DNA of 64,000 bases, taken from positions 384,001-448,000 of the forward strand of contig CAWGMQ010000011.1 of the NCBI GenBank assembly GCA_963823665.1, in the 5' to 3' direction. Every line of letters begins with the position of its first letter. Position 1 is the stretch's first letter. This stretch comes from an uncultured Planctomycetota bacterium. GTDB taxonomy: Bacteria; Planctomycetota; Planctomycetia; Isosphaerales; Isosphaeraceae. This document shows, in pieces, positions 14,459 through 23,903 of the stretch. Both the position numbers and the translations under genes were made by a program. The notes beneath the pieces were generated by a model, which worked only from the letters and a program-made list of their open reading frames with translations, was not told the DNA's origin and did not search any database.

Positions 14459-14989
14459 ATGCGATGCAAGCCCAACAAGCCGACCCTTCGTGAGCGGCCT
14501 TTGCTCACGCCCAGCCAAGCGAGCGGGTTGATGGCCGTCTTCAAGATCTTGGCGAACGATACCCGGCTCCGACTCCTTCACGCCTTGGGCAAGTCGGGCG
14601 AATTGTGTGTCACCGACCTTGCCGCTGCCGTCGACATGAAGCCGCAAGCCGTTTCTAACCAGCTCCAGAAGCTGGTGGATCGCAGCATCCTTGGCTGCCG
14701 CCGGGATGGCCGCCGCATACGGTACCGCATCGTCGATCAATGCGTCATCGCCCTCCTAGATCAAGGGCTATGCCTCACCGACCGAACGTGCCAACGAGCG
14801 GCAGAGCGTTCACGCATCAGCGTGAGGACGCCCGCGGTCCGCCTTCGCCGGGGGGGTCACAACATGGAGAAGGCAGGGAGTGCTAGTATGAGCTGGTTTA
14901 TCTGTTTGGTGCTCGCACTTACGACGCAAGCAAAGGGCACGGGTTTCGCTTGCTGTGACGAACGTGACACGTGCCCGGATTGCCAATGA
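14459..14989 (+). CDS. ArsR/SmtB family transcriptional repressor
   Basis: FKILANDTRLRLL, ELCVTDLA, QAVSNQLQKL, RRDGRRIRY. C-terminal extension uncertain. Confidence 0.85.
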   Translation: MRCKPNKPTLRERPLLTPSQASGLMAVFKILANDTRLRLLHALGKSGELCVTDLAAAVDMKPQAVSNQLQKLVDRSILGCRRDGRRIRYRIVDQCVIALLDQGLCLTDRTCQRAAERSRISVRTPAVRLRRGGHNMEKAGSASMSWFICLVLALTTQAKGTGFACCDERDTCPDCQ

Positions 14990-15124
14990 ACCGCAACGAT
15001 TGATCGGGCAGCGAATTCGTGCGCCACTGGATCCGTCGCTCGCTGGCGGCTGACCCAGTGCACCGTGGCCTTTCGTGACGGGTCGCGTATCAGTTCGCTA
15101 AAGTCACCGTTTTGGTTGATGTTC

Positions 15125-15580
15125 AACCCGGCCTCGGCATACTTGCCACTCGTTGGTCTCGAGTATGATCAAAGGCGATGCTCGGCGGGCCGGTTGGCTG
15201 AAGTTTGGCGTTAGCCCGCTGGGGATATGGCCGTGGCGGGCGAACTCCCGATACGCCCAGAGGCGCTATCTTCCCGCTCTTTCGAGATGATCCGCGTTTG
15301 GCTCGCAAACGAGCAGCAGCAGATCGTGCTGAACATCGGATTCTGGAAGGAGCGAGGGATCGATGAGCGCGCTGCGTGGCGCATCGTGGTCGCGAATATG
15401 GTGCACCATGTCGCCAATGCTCACGAGGCTGAGTACGGGTATAACCCACAGGAATTGGTCGCGAAGATACGTGCGGTGTTCCAGGCCGAGATGGAGTATG
15501 CGACCCCTGATCGGCTCGGTGAGTTCGTCAACGAGCATCGTGCGGAGAGCGGCTAACAAGGCGATGCAGCGGCCCGCCGA
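15125..15580 (+). mobile_element. Orphan integron-cassette-like unit with partial attC sites
   Basis: GCTGAAGTTTGGCGTTAGCC (R' GTTAGCC, 15210-15216) just before the ATG; GGCTAAC (R'', 15551-15557, containing the stop) then AAGGCGATGCAGCGG. The two cores are exact complements. Confidence 0.6.
15227..15556 (+). CDS. DUF5076-like small protein
   Basis: ELPI...FEMIRVW...AAWRIVVANMVHHVANA...FQAEM resembles DUF5076 from recall. Confidence 0.65.
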   Translation: MAVAGELPIRPEALSSRSFEMIRVWLANEQQQIVLNIGFWKERGIDERAAWRIVVANMVHHVANAHEAEYGYNPQELVAKIRAVFQAEMEYATPDRLGEFVNEHRAESG

Positions 15581-15681
15581 TCGGCGGCAGTTGGGTGTCT
15601 GAGACTCGCTTGACTCGGGTCGGATGTCATCTCGAAGCTCCTTGTCCGCCTGGCTCAATGGCCGGTTCAGGCGGCGCGCGT

Positions 15682-15720
15682 AAAAAAACCCGAGCACGCG
15701 ACAAGAATCGCGCGACGGGG
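15682..15720 (-). terminator. Intrinsic terminator-like hairpin
   Basis: Minus strand CCCCGTCGCGCGA-TTCTTG-TCGCGTGCTCGGG followed by T7. Confidence 0.6.
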
Positions 15721-15876
15721 CCACCATAGCCGTCCTTCCATCGCTCATCGGGAGCGCTGCTAATATTGCGATAACGGCATGACGCATGAGGGTCAAGCCG
15801 CAATCGTCGCCGCGACAGTATCAGCCATCGAGAACCAGTAATTGGTGTGGCCGGGTTCGCCCCCACGCGCCCCCCT

Positions 15877-16673
15877 TCAAACAGGGGGAACGGGAGCGCT
15901 GCCGCTGCCCAAAGCGCGCAGCGAAAACGGGAGCAAAGCACCGGCGCCGTGACGGCGTTTTTTCACTACCCCAGTCGCATGCCGCCAGCCGAAGAGTGCG
16001 ACGCTGATCGCCCCGATGCCCAGGAGTACCGCGGTCGAAGGCTCGGGGACGACTTGACCGGAGATCGTGAAGGCCAGGTCGGCAGGCAGAGTCCCCAGCA
16101 CGGTGCTCGCGGGCACGGCGGTCATTGCACCTGGGACCAGGCCGCCTCCGGGGTTCTGGATGTAGAACTCACTCCCGATGGGGTTCCCGTAGTCGGTCAG
16201 GGACCAGAACCACTGGCCGCCGGTCGGGAGTCGGGGCGGACGACCCAGGCGGTGATCCAGTACGTTCCCGGAGCCAAGTTGATATTGAGGCCCGTGAAGT
16301 TCAGGTTGCCGCTGGAGTCTTCCGTGCCTGTATAGATCGGGGCCGTCATGTTTCCGAAGCTGGGCAGGCTGGTGGACTGGAACTGGAGGTTGACCGCGAT
16401 GTTTTGGGTGGGGTCGCCCTGCTCCTGCCCGTAGATGGTGACCGCCTGCACCAGCCACCCAGCCCCGGTGACCGTCACGTCATCGAACGATTGGGTGGAA
16501 AAGTTCGTGAAATCCGGAAAGACCTGCGAGGGGGCGCCCGGGCTGGTCCCGTCATAGGGCTGGCTATAGAGGACCCCGGCCTGGGCCGTCGCGGGCACGG
16601 TCAAGAGACCGGCGACCGCCGCCAGCGTCAGAAGTCCCCGGATTGGTCTGAATCTCATCAGTGCACTCCTCAT
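15877..16673 (-). CDS. PEP-CTERM sorting-domain protein (frameshift ~16240)
   Basis: Signal peptide ...ATAQAG in 16197-16673; VPEPSTAVLLGIG + TM + basic tail in 15877-16458. Confidence 0.85.
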
Positions 16674-16766
16674 TCAAGGTGGTTGGTCATCAGCAGCGAA
16701 ATCGGGCGGGTCGATGCGTCGGCTCCGAGCGGCCCGCCAAGGGTTTGATCGGCGCGGTCGAACCTA

Positions 16767-19700
16767 TCAGATCGTCGAGATCACGAACAGGGTGTAGCTC
16801 CCGTTGCCGGAGCTGGTCACCCACGTGTTTCCGCCGCCCAGGGCTGGGAAGTCATCCGTGGTGAAATCGCCGGCCAAGGTGCCCATGTAGGTGATGATCT
16901 GGAACGAGCTGCCCGCCGTGGGCGTGAAGCCGTTGACCAGGCTGACGCTGAGCGTGCCGCTTAAGGTCACGTTGCCCGTGACGTGGAGCTGATCGTACTG
17001 GCCCACGCCTGTGCCGCCGAGCTTGATATCCAGGGTGCCGCCGCTGGTCTGGTCGTAGTTGCCGGCGATGGTCGCGGCGGCGATGTTGGCGCCGCCGAGC
17101 GAGAGTGTCCCTCCATTGGTCACGCCGTTGCTGGCCGTCAGGGTCACGCCGTTGTCGAGCTCGAGGATGCCCGCACTCTGAACCTGCACCGCCGGGATGC
17201 TGCTGAAGCTGGTTTTGACGTCGAGCGTTCCCCCGGTAACGCTCGCGGTCTGCACATGGCTGACCGTCAGGGTCGACGTGGGCACGGTCCCGGAGGCCAC
17301 GACCAGCATGTTGGTCCCGGTGCCGCCGGTGATGCTCGTGGTGCCGGTCCAGCCGTGCAGCGTGAACGAATCGTTGCTCGGGCCGCCGGTCAACCGGGCG
17401 GCGGTGACGTTGTCGAGGTCGATCGAGTCGGCCCCGGTGACGCTGTTGCCGCTGATGGTCAGGCCGCTATCGCTCAAGGTATAGTTGGAGTCGGCGTTGA
17501 GCTCGACGATGTTCGTCCCGCCGGGCGCGGCATTGAACGTCACGCCGCTGGTGGGGACCGGATCGCCGTTACTGTAATTGAGGATGAGGGTATCGTTCTC
17601 GAGGTTGGACGGGGTGCCGGCCTCGTCGCCGTCGACGCTGACTCCGCCGACTGTGATTCCTCCGGACAGGCTCGCGATCGGGGCAACCGCCACGACGACG
17701 TTGTTCTCCAATACTTCGTCGGTGTTCGAGCCGCTCGACACCTGCTGGATGGTGATGGTGTTGTTGCCCAAGCTCGTCAGGATGAACAGCGTGCCGGGCA
17801 TGGCGAACGACTCGACGGCCACTTGCTGGCCCGTCGCCGTCGTGCCGGTGTAGCTGTTGGCGTCATTGGCGACGAACACAGTGGCGCCGTCGATGACCAC
17901 GCCGAACGAGTTGCCGATCCCCGTGGTGGGCGGTGGTCCGGCCAAAACCTTGGCTGCGCCGGCGTCGGGGTCGAACGGCTGGGAATCGACGGCGAACGGC
18001 GTCTGCCAGGTCGCTCCGCCGTTGGCGCTGTAGGTCGCGTAGGTGTCGAGAAGATAATCACCCGCCGCGTTTTTCGCGCCGCTCTGGTTGGTGTACCAGC
18101 TCACGACGATGTCGCCGACCGCGTCGATCGTCGCCGTGGGGAAGAGCTGGAAGACCGAGCTCGACGATGGGGGTGCGATGACCGAGGTCGCCGAGCTCCA
18201 GGTGCCGTTGGCGTTCTGGGTGAGCGTGGCGATGACCACTTCCGAGGAGGGTGGTTTGTTGGTGCCGGCGTCGGGGTCCTCCACGGTCACGACGTACATG
18301 ACGCCCGGCTCGATCGGGTTGACCAGCACGTAGGGGATCACCGATCCCTGCGTGAGGAACGTGGTGCCGGCGATCGTGCGACTGCCGGACTGGTCGTTGA
18401 ACGTGATGTCGCTCTGGCCGGCCGCCAGCGCGGTGATCGTGCTGCCTTGCTGAGTGAGGCTTTGCATGCTGCTGTTGTAGATGTAGACAGCGGCCAGGGT
18501 TTTCCCGCTGGTTCCGTTAGGCACGATGCCGCCGTCCGGTTCGATGGTATAGCCGGGCTGTGCGTGATAGGCCACGGTGATCGAGCCGCTGGGCGCGATG
18601 GTGACGGTTGCCCCATAATAATAGGTCGGCGGGATGGTGATGGATGGTGCGGCCACGGTCACCGGCGTGAGCCAGGTCTTGCCCTGGTTGGTGGAAATCG
18701 ATAGCAGGATCTCCGACTTGCCGGAGGGGCCAAGCTGAGTCCAGACGATGGAGAGGTTGTTGCTCTGGGGGCTGCCGTGGGAATTATCGGCGGCAAGGTC
18801 TTGCTGGACGTCGGTCGATCCCGAGGCCGGCGCATCGACTGTGAACGGTCCGGCGGTGACGGCGCCGGTGGTGGGGTTGAGCGTCACGATCTCGATGCCG
18901 CCGGTCATCGGGTCCAGGTAGGACCAGAAGAGGTTGCCGCTCTTGTTGTAAACGACGCTGGAATCGCCGCTCGAGGCGGTCGGGAACGGGATGACCGAGC
19001 TCCAGCTCGCCCCGGCGTTGGTCGAGATCACCACGCCGTTCTGGGAAGCGACAGCCAGGTCGTTCGGGTTGGTGGGGCTCGCGGCGATTGCCGGCTGGAC
19101 CAGGCTCGCCCCCCCTGGGATGCTCGGGCCGGTATGGATGGGCGGCGTCGGGCTCGTCCTATTGGAGAGCGGCGGTTGGGCCGGCGGCGCCGGACGAGGG
19201 GGAGTGGGACTGGTGTTGGTCGGCGGAGTCGGTATGAACGTCGACGGCTGCTTGGGCGTGCTTTGCGGCCACACGTGAGGATCGGTCGACAGCGGAATGA
19301 AGTTTGACCAATAGAGCTGCACGTACCAGGAGTCGAAGCCCCCCAACGGGAAGGCATTGGCCGTCGTCAACCAAAAATCCTTGCCGACGAGAGGGTCGCC
19401 GATCTCCGTGCCCAAGGTGTTCGGCCCCAAAGCCTGCGTGCTTGGCGTAAAGTACCATCCGAATCCCAGATTCACAGCTCCTGCGGCGGTCTGGGCGGCG
19501 ACAAAAGCCTCGGGGTCGGTGGCGGCTTCGACCATCTCGTGCGACGAGACGACTGTCAGGTCAGTGAGCTCCGAGGGCGCGTCGGCGGCGGCTCCGTTGG
19601 AAAAACCTCCGCCGACCGCGCCCGGGTACGGGATCACTGCGTAGGAGCCGTTCGCGGCGCTCCACGTGTGCCAGGCGAGTAGTTGCGGGACACCAGCGCC

Positions 19701-20264
19701 CTTGTAGCTGGCGGCGGCGGCGGTGATCGTGCCCGTGCTGTTGGTGAAGTTGTAGGGGTCGCCGGGAGGCAGGAACACCAGATAGAGCGTGTTGGCGTTG
19801 GGGGCAGGGATGTTCGTCGCCCCCACGTTGGCGGTGAGCATGGCCTGGACATCGACGTCGGTGGTCACGCCGCCGGGCGGGGCCGTAACGCCCGGGTTGG
19901 CGGGGCCCAGCGGCGGGGCGCCGGGGACGTCGAACGAGCCCACCCAACTGCCAGAATCGACGTCGTACTGAGCCAGACCGCTCCAATAGGAGCTGGTGGG
20001 CGCGACCAGGTCGGCCACGAAATTGTTGAGCTGCGGCTCCATCGCCGCCTCCGGTCCGGCCCAGCCCCAGTAGATCGTCTCCACCTGAATGTTTTGAAGG
20101 ATGACTCCTCCATGGTCTGTGACCAGCGGGACGGCAAGGAGCTGCCGATCCTCCAGCGCTTCGCCACCGAAAGTCCGCTTCCGCCGCCGCCGAACCGCGG
20201 CCCGCGCCGCCCTCCGCGTTCGGTGCCGGTCGTTCAGCCAGTGATTCCATCGGGCTGCGAACAT
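16767..20264 (-). CDS. Large secreted multidomain protein (planctomycete extracellular motif, HExxE domain, BNR/sialidase-like propeller, beta-helix-like C-terminus)
   Basis: 1165 aa; RRRRKR...EALEDRQLLA; HGGVILQN...SHEMVEAATDP; Pro/Thr linker; Asp-boxes STNAGASW, STNQGKTW, SANGGATW; YDQLHVTGNVTLSGTL. Confidence 0.85.
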   Translation of the reverse strand: MFAARWNHWLNDRHRTRRAARAAVRRRRKRTFGGEALEDRQLLAVPLVTDHGGVILQNIQVETIYWGWAGPEAAMEPQLNNFVADLVAPTSSYWSGLAQYDVDSGSWVGSFDVPGAPPLGPANPGVTAPPGGVTTDVDVQAMLTANVGATNIPAPNANTLYLVFLPPGDPYNFTNSTGTITAAAASYKGAGVPQLLAWHTWSAANGSYAVIPYPGAVGGGFSNGAAADAPSELTDLTVVSSHEMVEAATDPEAFVAAQTAAGAVNLGFGWYFTPSTQALGPNTLGTEIGDPLVGKDFWLTTANAFPLGGFDSWYVQLYWSNFIPLSTDPHVWPQSTPKQPSTFIPTPPTNTSPTPPRPAPPAQPPLSNRTSPTPPIHTGPSIPGGASLVQPAIAASPTNPNDLAVASQNGVVISTNAGASWSSVIPFPTASSGDSSVVYNKSGNLFWSYLDPMTGGIEIVTLNPTTGAVTAGPFTVDAPASGSTDVQQDLAADNSHGSPQSNNLSIVWTQLGPSGKSEILLSISTNQGKTWLTPVTVAAPSITIPPTYYYGATVTIAPSGSITVAYHAQPGYTIEPDGGIVPNGTSGKTLAAVYIYNSSMQSLTQQGSTITALAAGQSDITFNDQSGSRTIAGTTFLTQGSVIPYVLVNPIEPGVMYVVTVEDPDAGTNKPPSSEVVIATLTQNANGTWSSATSVIAPPSSSSVFQLFPTATIDAVGDIVVSWYTNQSGAKNAAGDYLLDTYATYSANGGATWQTPFAVDSQPFDPDAGAAKVLAGPPPTTGIGNSFGVVIDGATVFVANDANSYTGTTATGQQVAVESFAMPGTLFILTSLGNNTITIQQVSSGSNTDEVLENNVVVAVAPIASLSGGITVGGVSVDGDEAGTPSNLENDTLILNYSNGDPVPTSGVTFNAAPGGTNIVELNADSNYTLSDSGLTISGNSVTGADSIDLDNVTAARLTGGPSNDSFTLHGWTGTTSITGGTGTNMLVVASGTVPTSTLTVSHVQTASVTGGTLDVKTSFSSIPAVQVQSAGILELDNGVTLTASNGVTNGGTLSLGGANIAAATIAGNYDQTSGGTLDIKLGGTGVGQYDQLHVTGNVTLSGTLSVSLVNGFTPTAGSSFQIITYMGTLAGDFTTDDFPALGGGNTWVTSSGNGSYTLFVISTI

Positions 20265-20780
20265 CGCTCACCTCGCTTCCTGGATCTTGGGACGGAAGAC
20301 TACGGGCCTTGGCGATGGTGCGAGTCGGCGCTGAAAATGAGTCGTTGGATCTGATGAAGCTCAATAGATCCCGGGAGATCGTACAGCCCTTGGGATACGG
20401 GTTCCGGTGTTGGGCGAATCAGGGCCCGCCCGCCGATCCTCCAGCGAGCCGGTTCGATCGCGTCATGAAACACCTCCCACGGCGAATTGCGGGGTCGAGA
20501 ATCGAGATGAACGGCGAAGGACGAAGTTAGGTCGGCAGCGATTTTCCCCCTCGTCCCTGTACGCTGCACCTCGGACCATTTGTGCACATAAGGACTAGAC
20601 CCGTCACCCGCGCCACGACGACAGCGATCGCGGTTGCGAGCCGTATCGCATGTGTTGACGGTCTCAACAGCGTGATAGCGACTCCTCGTATCTAAGGAGG
20701 CGTCACTTCCCATATCGGTAATCAACCGTGATCCAACCGGCCCGTACAATACGGGGGTCCATCCGCACTGCCTAGATACG

Positions 20781-20794
20781 TTGATTATTATCAA
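20781..20794. promoter_or_regulatory. FNR/CRP-family box
   Basis: TTGAT-TATT-ATCAA matches TTGAT-N4-ATCAA exactly and extends to GTTGAT...ATCAAC. Confidence 0.5.
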
Positions 20795-21105
20795 CAATGA
20801 GGGCTGTGGCTTCGCTGCCCGGTGTTGAAGTCCCGCGGCTTTCGCCGCCAAGGGATCGATTCCAGACACCCACTTTTCGATCGAGTCCCGGTGTCTGCTT
20901 CTCGGTCTAGGTGGTCTCGAAGGGTGAGTGTCTGCTCGGCCAGATCGGCCCGGTGAAGTTTGACGGTAACACATCGAGAAGCTAGTGCTCTGGATCAAAC
21001 GAAGCGACGCGGCGGTGCTGGTCGTGTCTCCGGAGCGGACCGTTCTCCCACCTCACCTTCCGCGCAAGGGATCGCAAGTTTGTTGCGTTCGTTGACCCGG
21101 TCGGT

Positions 21106-21225
21106 TTCTGCAATTCTTCTGCACATGTTGCCCGTGCCAGCCCAATGCGAATACAATGCGAAGCACAGCGAGGGTTGTCGCAATACCCCCGCGAAATCCC
21201 TGATAACAACGTCAAATCAACGTCA
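21106..21225 (+). repeat. Three pairs of direct repeats, each with 11-bp period (att-arm-like)
   Basis: TTCTGCA at 21106/21117; CAATGCGAA at 21143/21154; CAACGTCA at 21207/21218. Confidence 0.7.
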
Positions 21226-21241
21226 GCCCAATACCACGCAG

Positions 21242-21309
21242 ATGGCAGACGCGCCGGACTCAAAATCCGGTGTGATCAACGGGTGTGGGTTCAAGTCCCA
21301 CCTTCGGTA
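21242..21309 (+). pseudogene. 5'-truncated tRNA-Leu(CAA) fragment, probable attR of an integrated island
   Basis: TGGCAGACGCG (D-arm part), CCGGA-CTCAAAA-TCCGG anticodon arm, GTGGG-TTCAAGT-CCCAC T-arm, 3' acceptor CTTCGGTA. No complementary 5' acceptor strand upstream; variable arm pairs poorly. Confidence 0.8.
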
Positions 21310-21399
21310 TTCAAGAGCGAAGCGGAAAAATCCCCTTGGCGACGCTTGCCTGTCCCGAGGAACGACGCGCCGGTTACAATGGCCGCGGGAGGGTTAGCC

Positions 21400-21894
21400 A
21401 TGCCGCTGCGCAATCACTTTCGTCCGCCGCTCGACAATGTCAGGTCCTGGGAGGAGCTCCACGGCGGCTGGCCGACGATGCTTGTCGCCACCTTGTCCAG
21501 AAGACTGCCGCCCGGCTACGTTGCCGGACCGCGCGTCCAACTCGGCGCCTCCTTCGAGATTGATGTGCCGTCCGACGAAGAGGACGTGCCCGCCCCCTTC
21601 GCATCGCGAGGAAGTGTGCAGGAGGGCGGCGTCGCAGCGGCGGTCTGGGCACCGCCCCAACCGACGCCGGCCGTCAACACCGACCTAGCGGATCAGGACG
21701 AGTACGAGCTGCGGGTCTACGATGCTAAGCAGCACCACCACCTGGTGGCCGCAGTTGAGATCGTCAGCCCGGCGAGCGTCCGGGTCGCGCGCGATGCCCC
21801 GTGTTTTTGCGCATTATCTTCGTCGATTGTGTCGTTGCGATCGCGCCCGTCGCTGAAATGGCTGCGACCGGAAGAGAATTTTCAGATTTCCTGA
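21400..21894 (+). pseudogene. DUF4058-family protein, 3'-truncated
   Basis: MPLRNHFRPPL..WEELHGGW...LVAAVEIVSPA, then unrelated sequence from ~21775. Confidence 0.7.
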
Positions 21895-22631
21895 TCGACG
21901 GAATGGCCAAATTCACGAGAGTCGACGCATATTATACGTGTGCCGCGATCGCTGCCACCGGAGTCGGCGCGGGGCACGATTGGACACCCAGAGCGGTCGC
22001 CCTGGGCTGTGTTGTTTTGGCCTTTCAGGCCGGATGGCGGACGGTGCGGCATGAAATACGCCCGAGTTTTGAACTCGCCGTTGCGGGGTTTGAGGAGCGC
22101 CTGACCGAGGTCGAGGAGTCGCTTGATCAGCGGAAAGGCGCCGGGAGCAGCACCGGCTGTTGCCAGGCACCGACCAACTATTGCGGACGGCGAGCGACGA
22201 TTGATCGGTCAGTTGCGCTCGGTCCTCCCGGACGAAACATGCACGATTCAATACTAATTAGGCATTTTCCGATCTTTGATTGATTTTGGGACGATCGACC
22301 GGTGAAAGTAGCGATTTTTTATGCGTCACACCTATCGAGAAGGCTGGCACCGAGTTGCGTTCGATTGTTGCACACCTGAATTTGGCTGCGTCACACGTAA
22401 GTCCAAGCGCCGCAAGGCTGTGTCGCAGGTGACGCAGAAAATGGGGGTCCGTAAAAGTTTAAATGCTCGCTGCCGTTGTCGATTGCGCGTGAGACGGAGG
22501 GCGGAGGGCGGGGTCAGATATGAATTTGAACTGCTGAGCACACCGAGGTCACGGTGATGAGGCGGGACGCTCAGGCGAGACGGAAACGAACTGCGCGGGG
22601 GAGCTGGGCTGCGCGGTCTTCCCTGCGCGAG

Positions 22632-22678
22632 CCCCCCACCACCGCCTGCGGCGGCACTTCCCCCAGAGGGGGGGAGGA
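22632..22678. repeat. REP-like double hairpin downstream of fabH
   Basis: CCGCC-TGC-GGCGG and CTTCCCCC-AGAG-GGGGGGAG hairpins. Confidence 0.55.
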
Positions 22679-22740
22679 ATGCAGTTTAGTTCCCCTAATC
22701 CTTGTGGCGTAAGGGCGCGAGACGAATTTACAAAACGAAC

Positions 22741-23768
22741 TCACCAGCGCCAGAGCGCGGTGCCCCAGTTGAGGCCGGCGCCGAAGCCGGAGGTGAGCAG
22801 GAGGTCGCCGCGTTCGATGCCGCCATCGCGATAGACCTCGTCGAGGGCGATGGGAATCGAGCCGGCCGATGTGTTGCCGTAGCGCTCGAGGTTCTTGAAG
22901 ACGGCTTCGCGGGGGAAGCCGAGCACGTCGCTGGCGGCGTGAATGATCCTCACGTTTGCCTGGTGCGGGATGAACCACCGCACATCTGCGACCCGGCAGC
23001 CGGCGTGCTCGAGAACGACCTGTGAGGAATCGGCGAGGATGCGAACCGCCCATTTGAAGACAGCGCGACCATCCATCGTCAGGTAATGCAGGCCCTTTTC
23101 GAGCACAGCCGCCGTTGGTGGAATGCGGCTGCCACAGCCTGGGCGGCTCAAGAGGTCGCCGCCGGAGCCGTCCGAGCCAAGCTGGTAGGCGACCAGGCCC
23201 TGGTCTTTTTCGCCAGGGCCAAGCAGGACCGCGCCGGCACCGTCGCCAAAAAGTGGAAAGCTCTTCTGATCGCCGGGATTGATCACCCGGCTGTTGCAGT
23301 CGCCGCCGATCACCAGCGCACACTGGCTGTTCCCCGTCGCCACGAACTGCGCGGCGATCACGAGGGCGAAGACAAAGCCGGCACAGGCCGCCTGCACGTC
23401 GAACGCGGGGCAAGCCAGCTTGAGCCGGTCCTGAATCAGGTTGCCGGTCGACGGGAAATGCCATGTCGGGGGTGAACGTCGCAACGACCAGCAAGTCGAC
23501 GTCGGCGGGTTCGCGTGCCGGCAGCTTTCAAGCATCGCGTGGCCGCGTGCACGCAAAGGTCGCTCGTCGCCTGGTGCGGAAGAGCGAATCGGCGCTCGTG
23601 GATGCCGGTGCGATTGACGATCCATTCCGGGTCAAAGCCGTGGCTCTCGCGCAGGTCGTGATTGCTGACGACGAGCTCGGGCAGATAGCTTCCAGTACCC
23701 AGGATGCGCACGCCCAGAAGTGTGCGGGCCGGCGGCCCGAGATGGATTTGGCCGTTGTTCATGAGCAA
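22741..23768 (-). CDS. fabH: 3-oxoacyl-ACP synthase III (2 frameshifts, ~23515 and ~23460)
   Basis: GTGSYLP, WIVNRTGIHERR, AACAGF (Cys), FGDGAGA, PHQAN (His), GNTSAGS (Asn), GFGAGL. Confidence 0.92.
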
Positions 23769-23903
23769 GTTGACTATAATGAGTGCTTCGTACGCACACT
23801 ATACCAGAGGGCGAGCGAATCTTGAAGTTGCGTCGCGGGAACGGGCACCTTTTCCGCGCCGGTTGTGTCGATCCCAGCGTCTTGAGAACCCTGGAGGCGC
23901 CCT

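Noticed and set aside
21225..21312. Functional tRNA-Leu gene
   Set aside because: No 5' acceptor strand to pair with CTTCGGT, and the variable arm pairs poorly.
21801..22283. Hydrophobic ORF after the DUF4058 remnant
   Set aside because: No clear start or family motif; probably a fragment.
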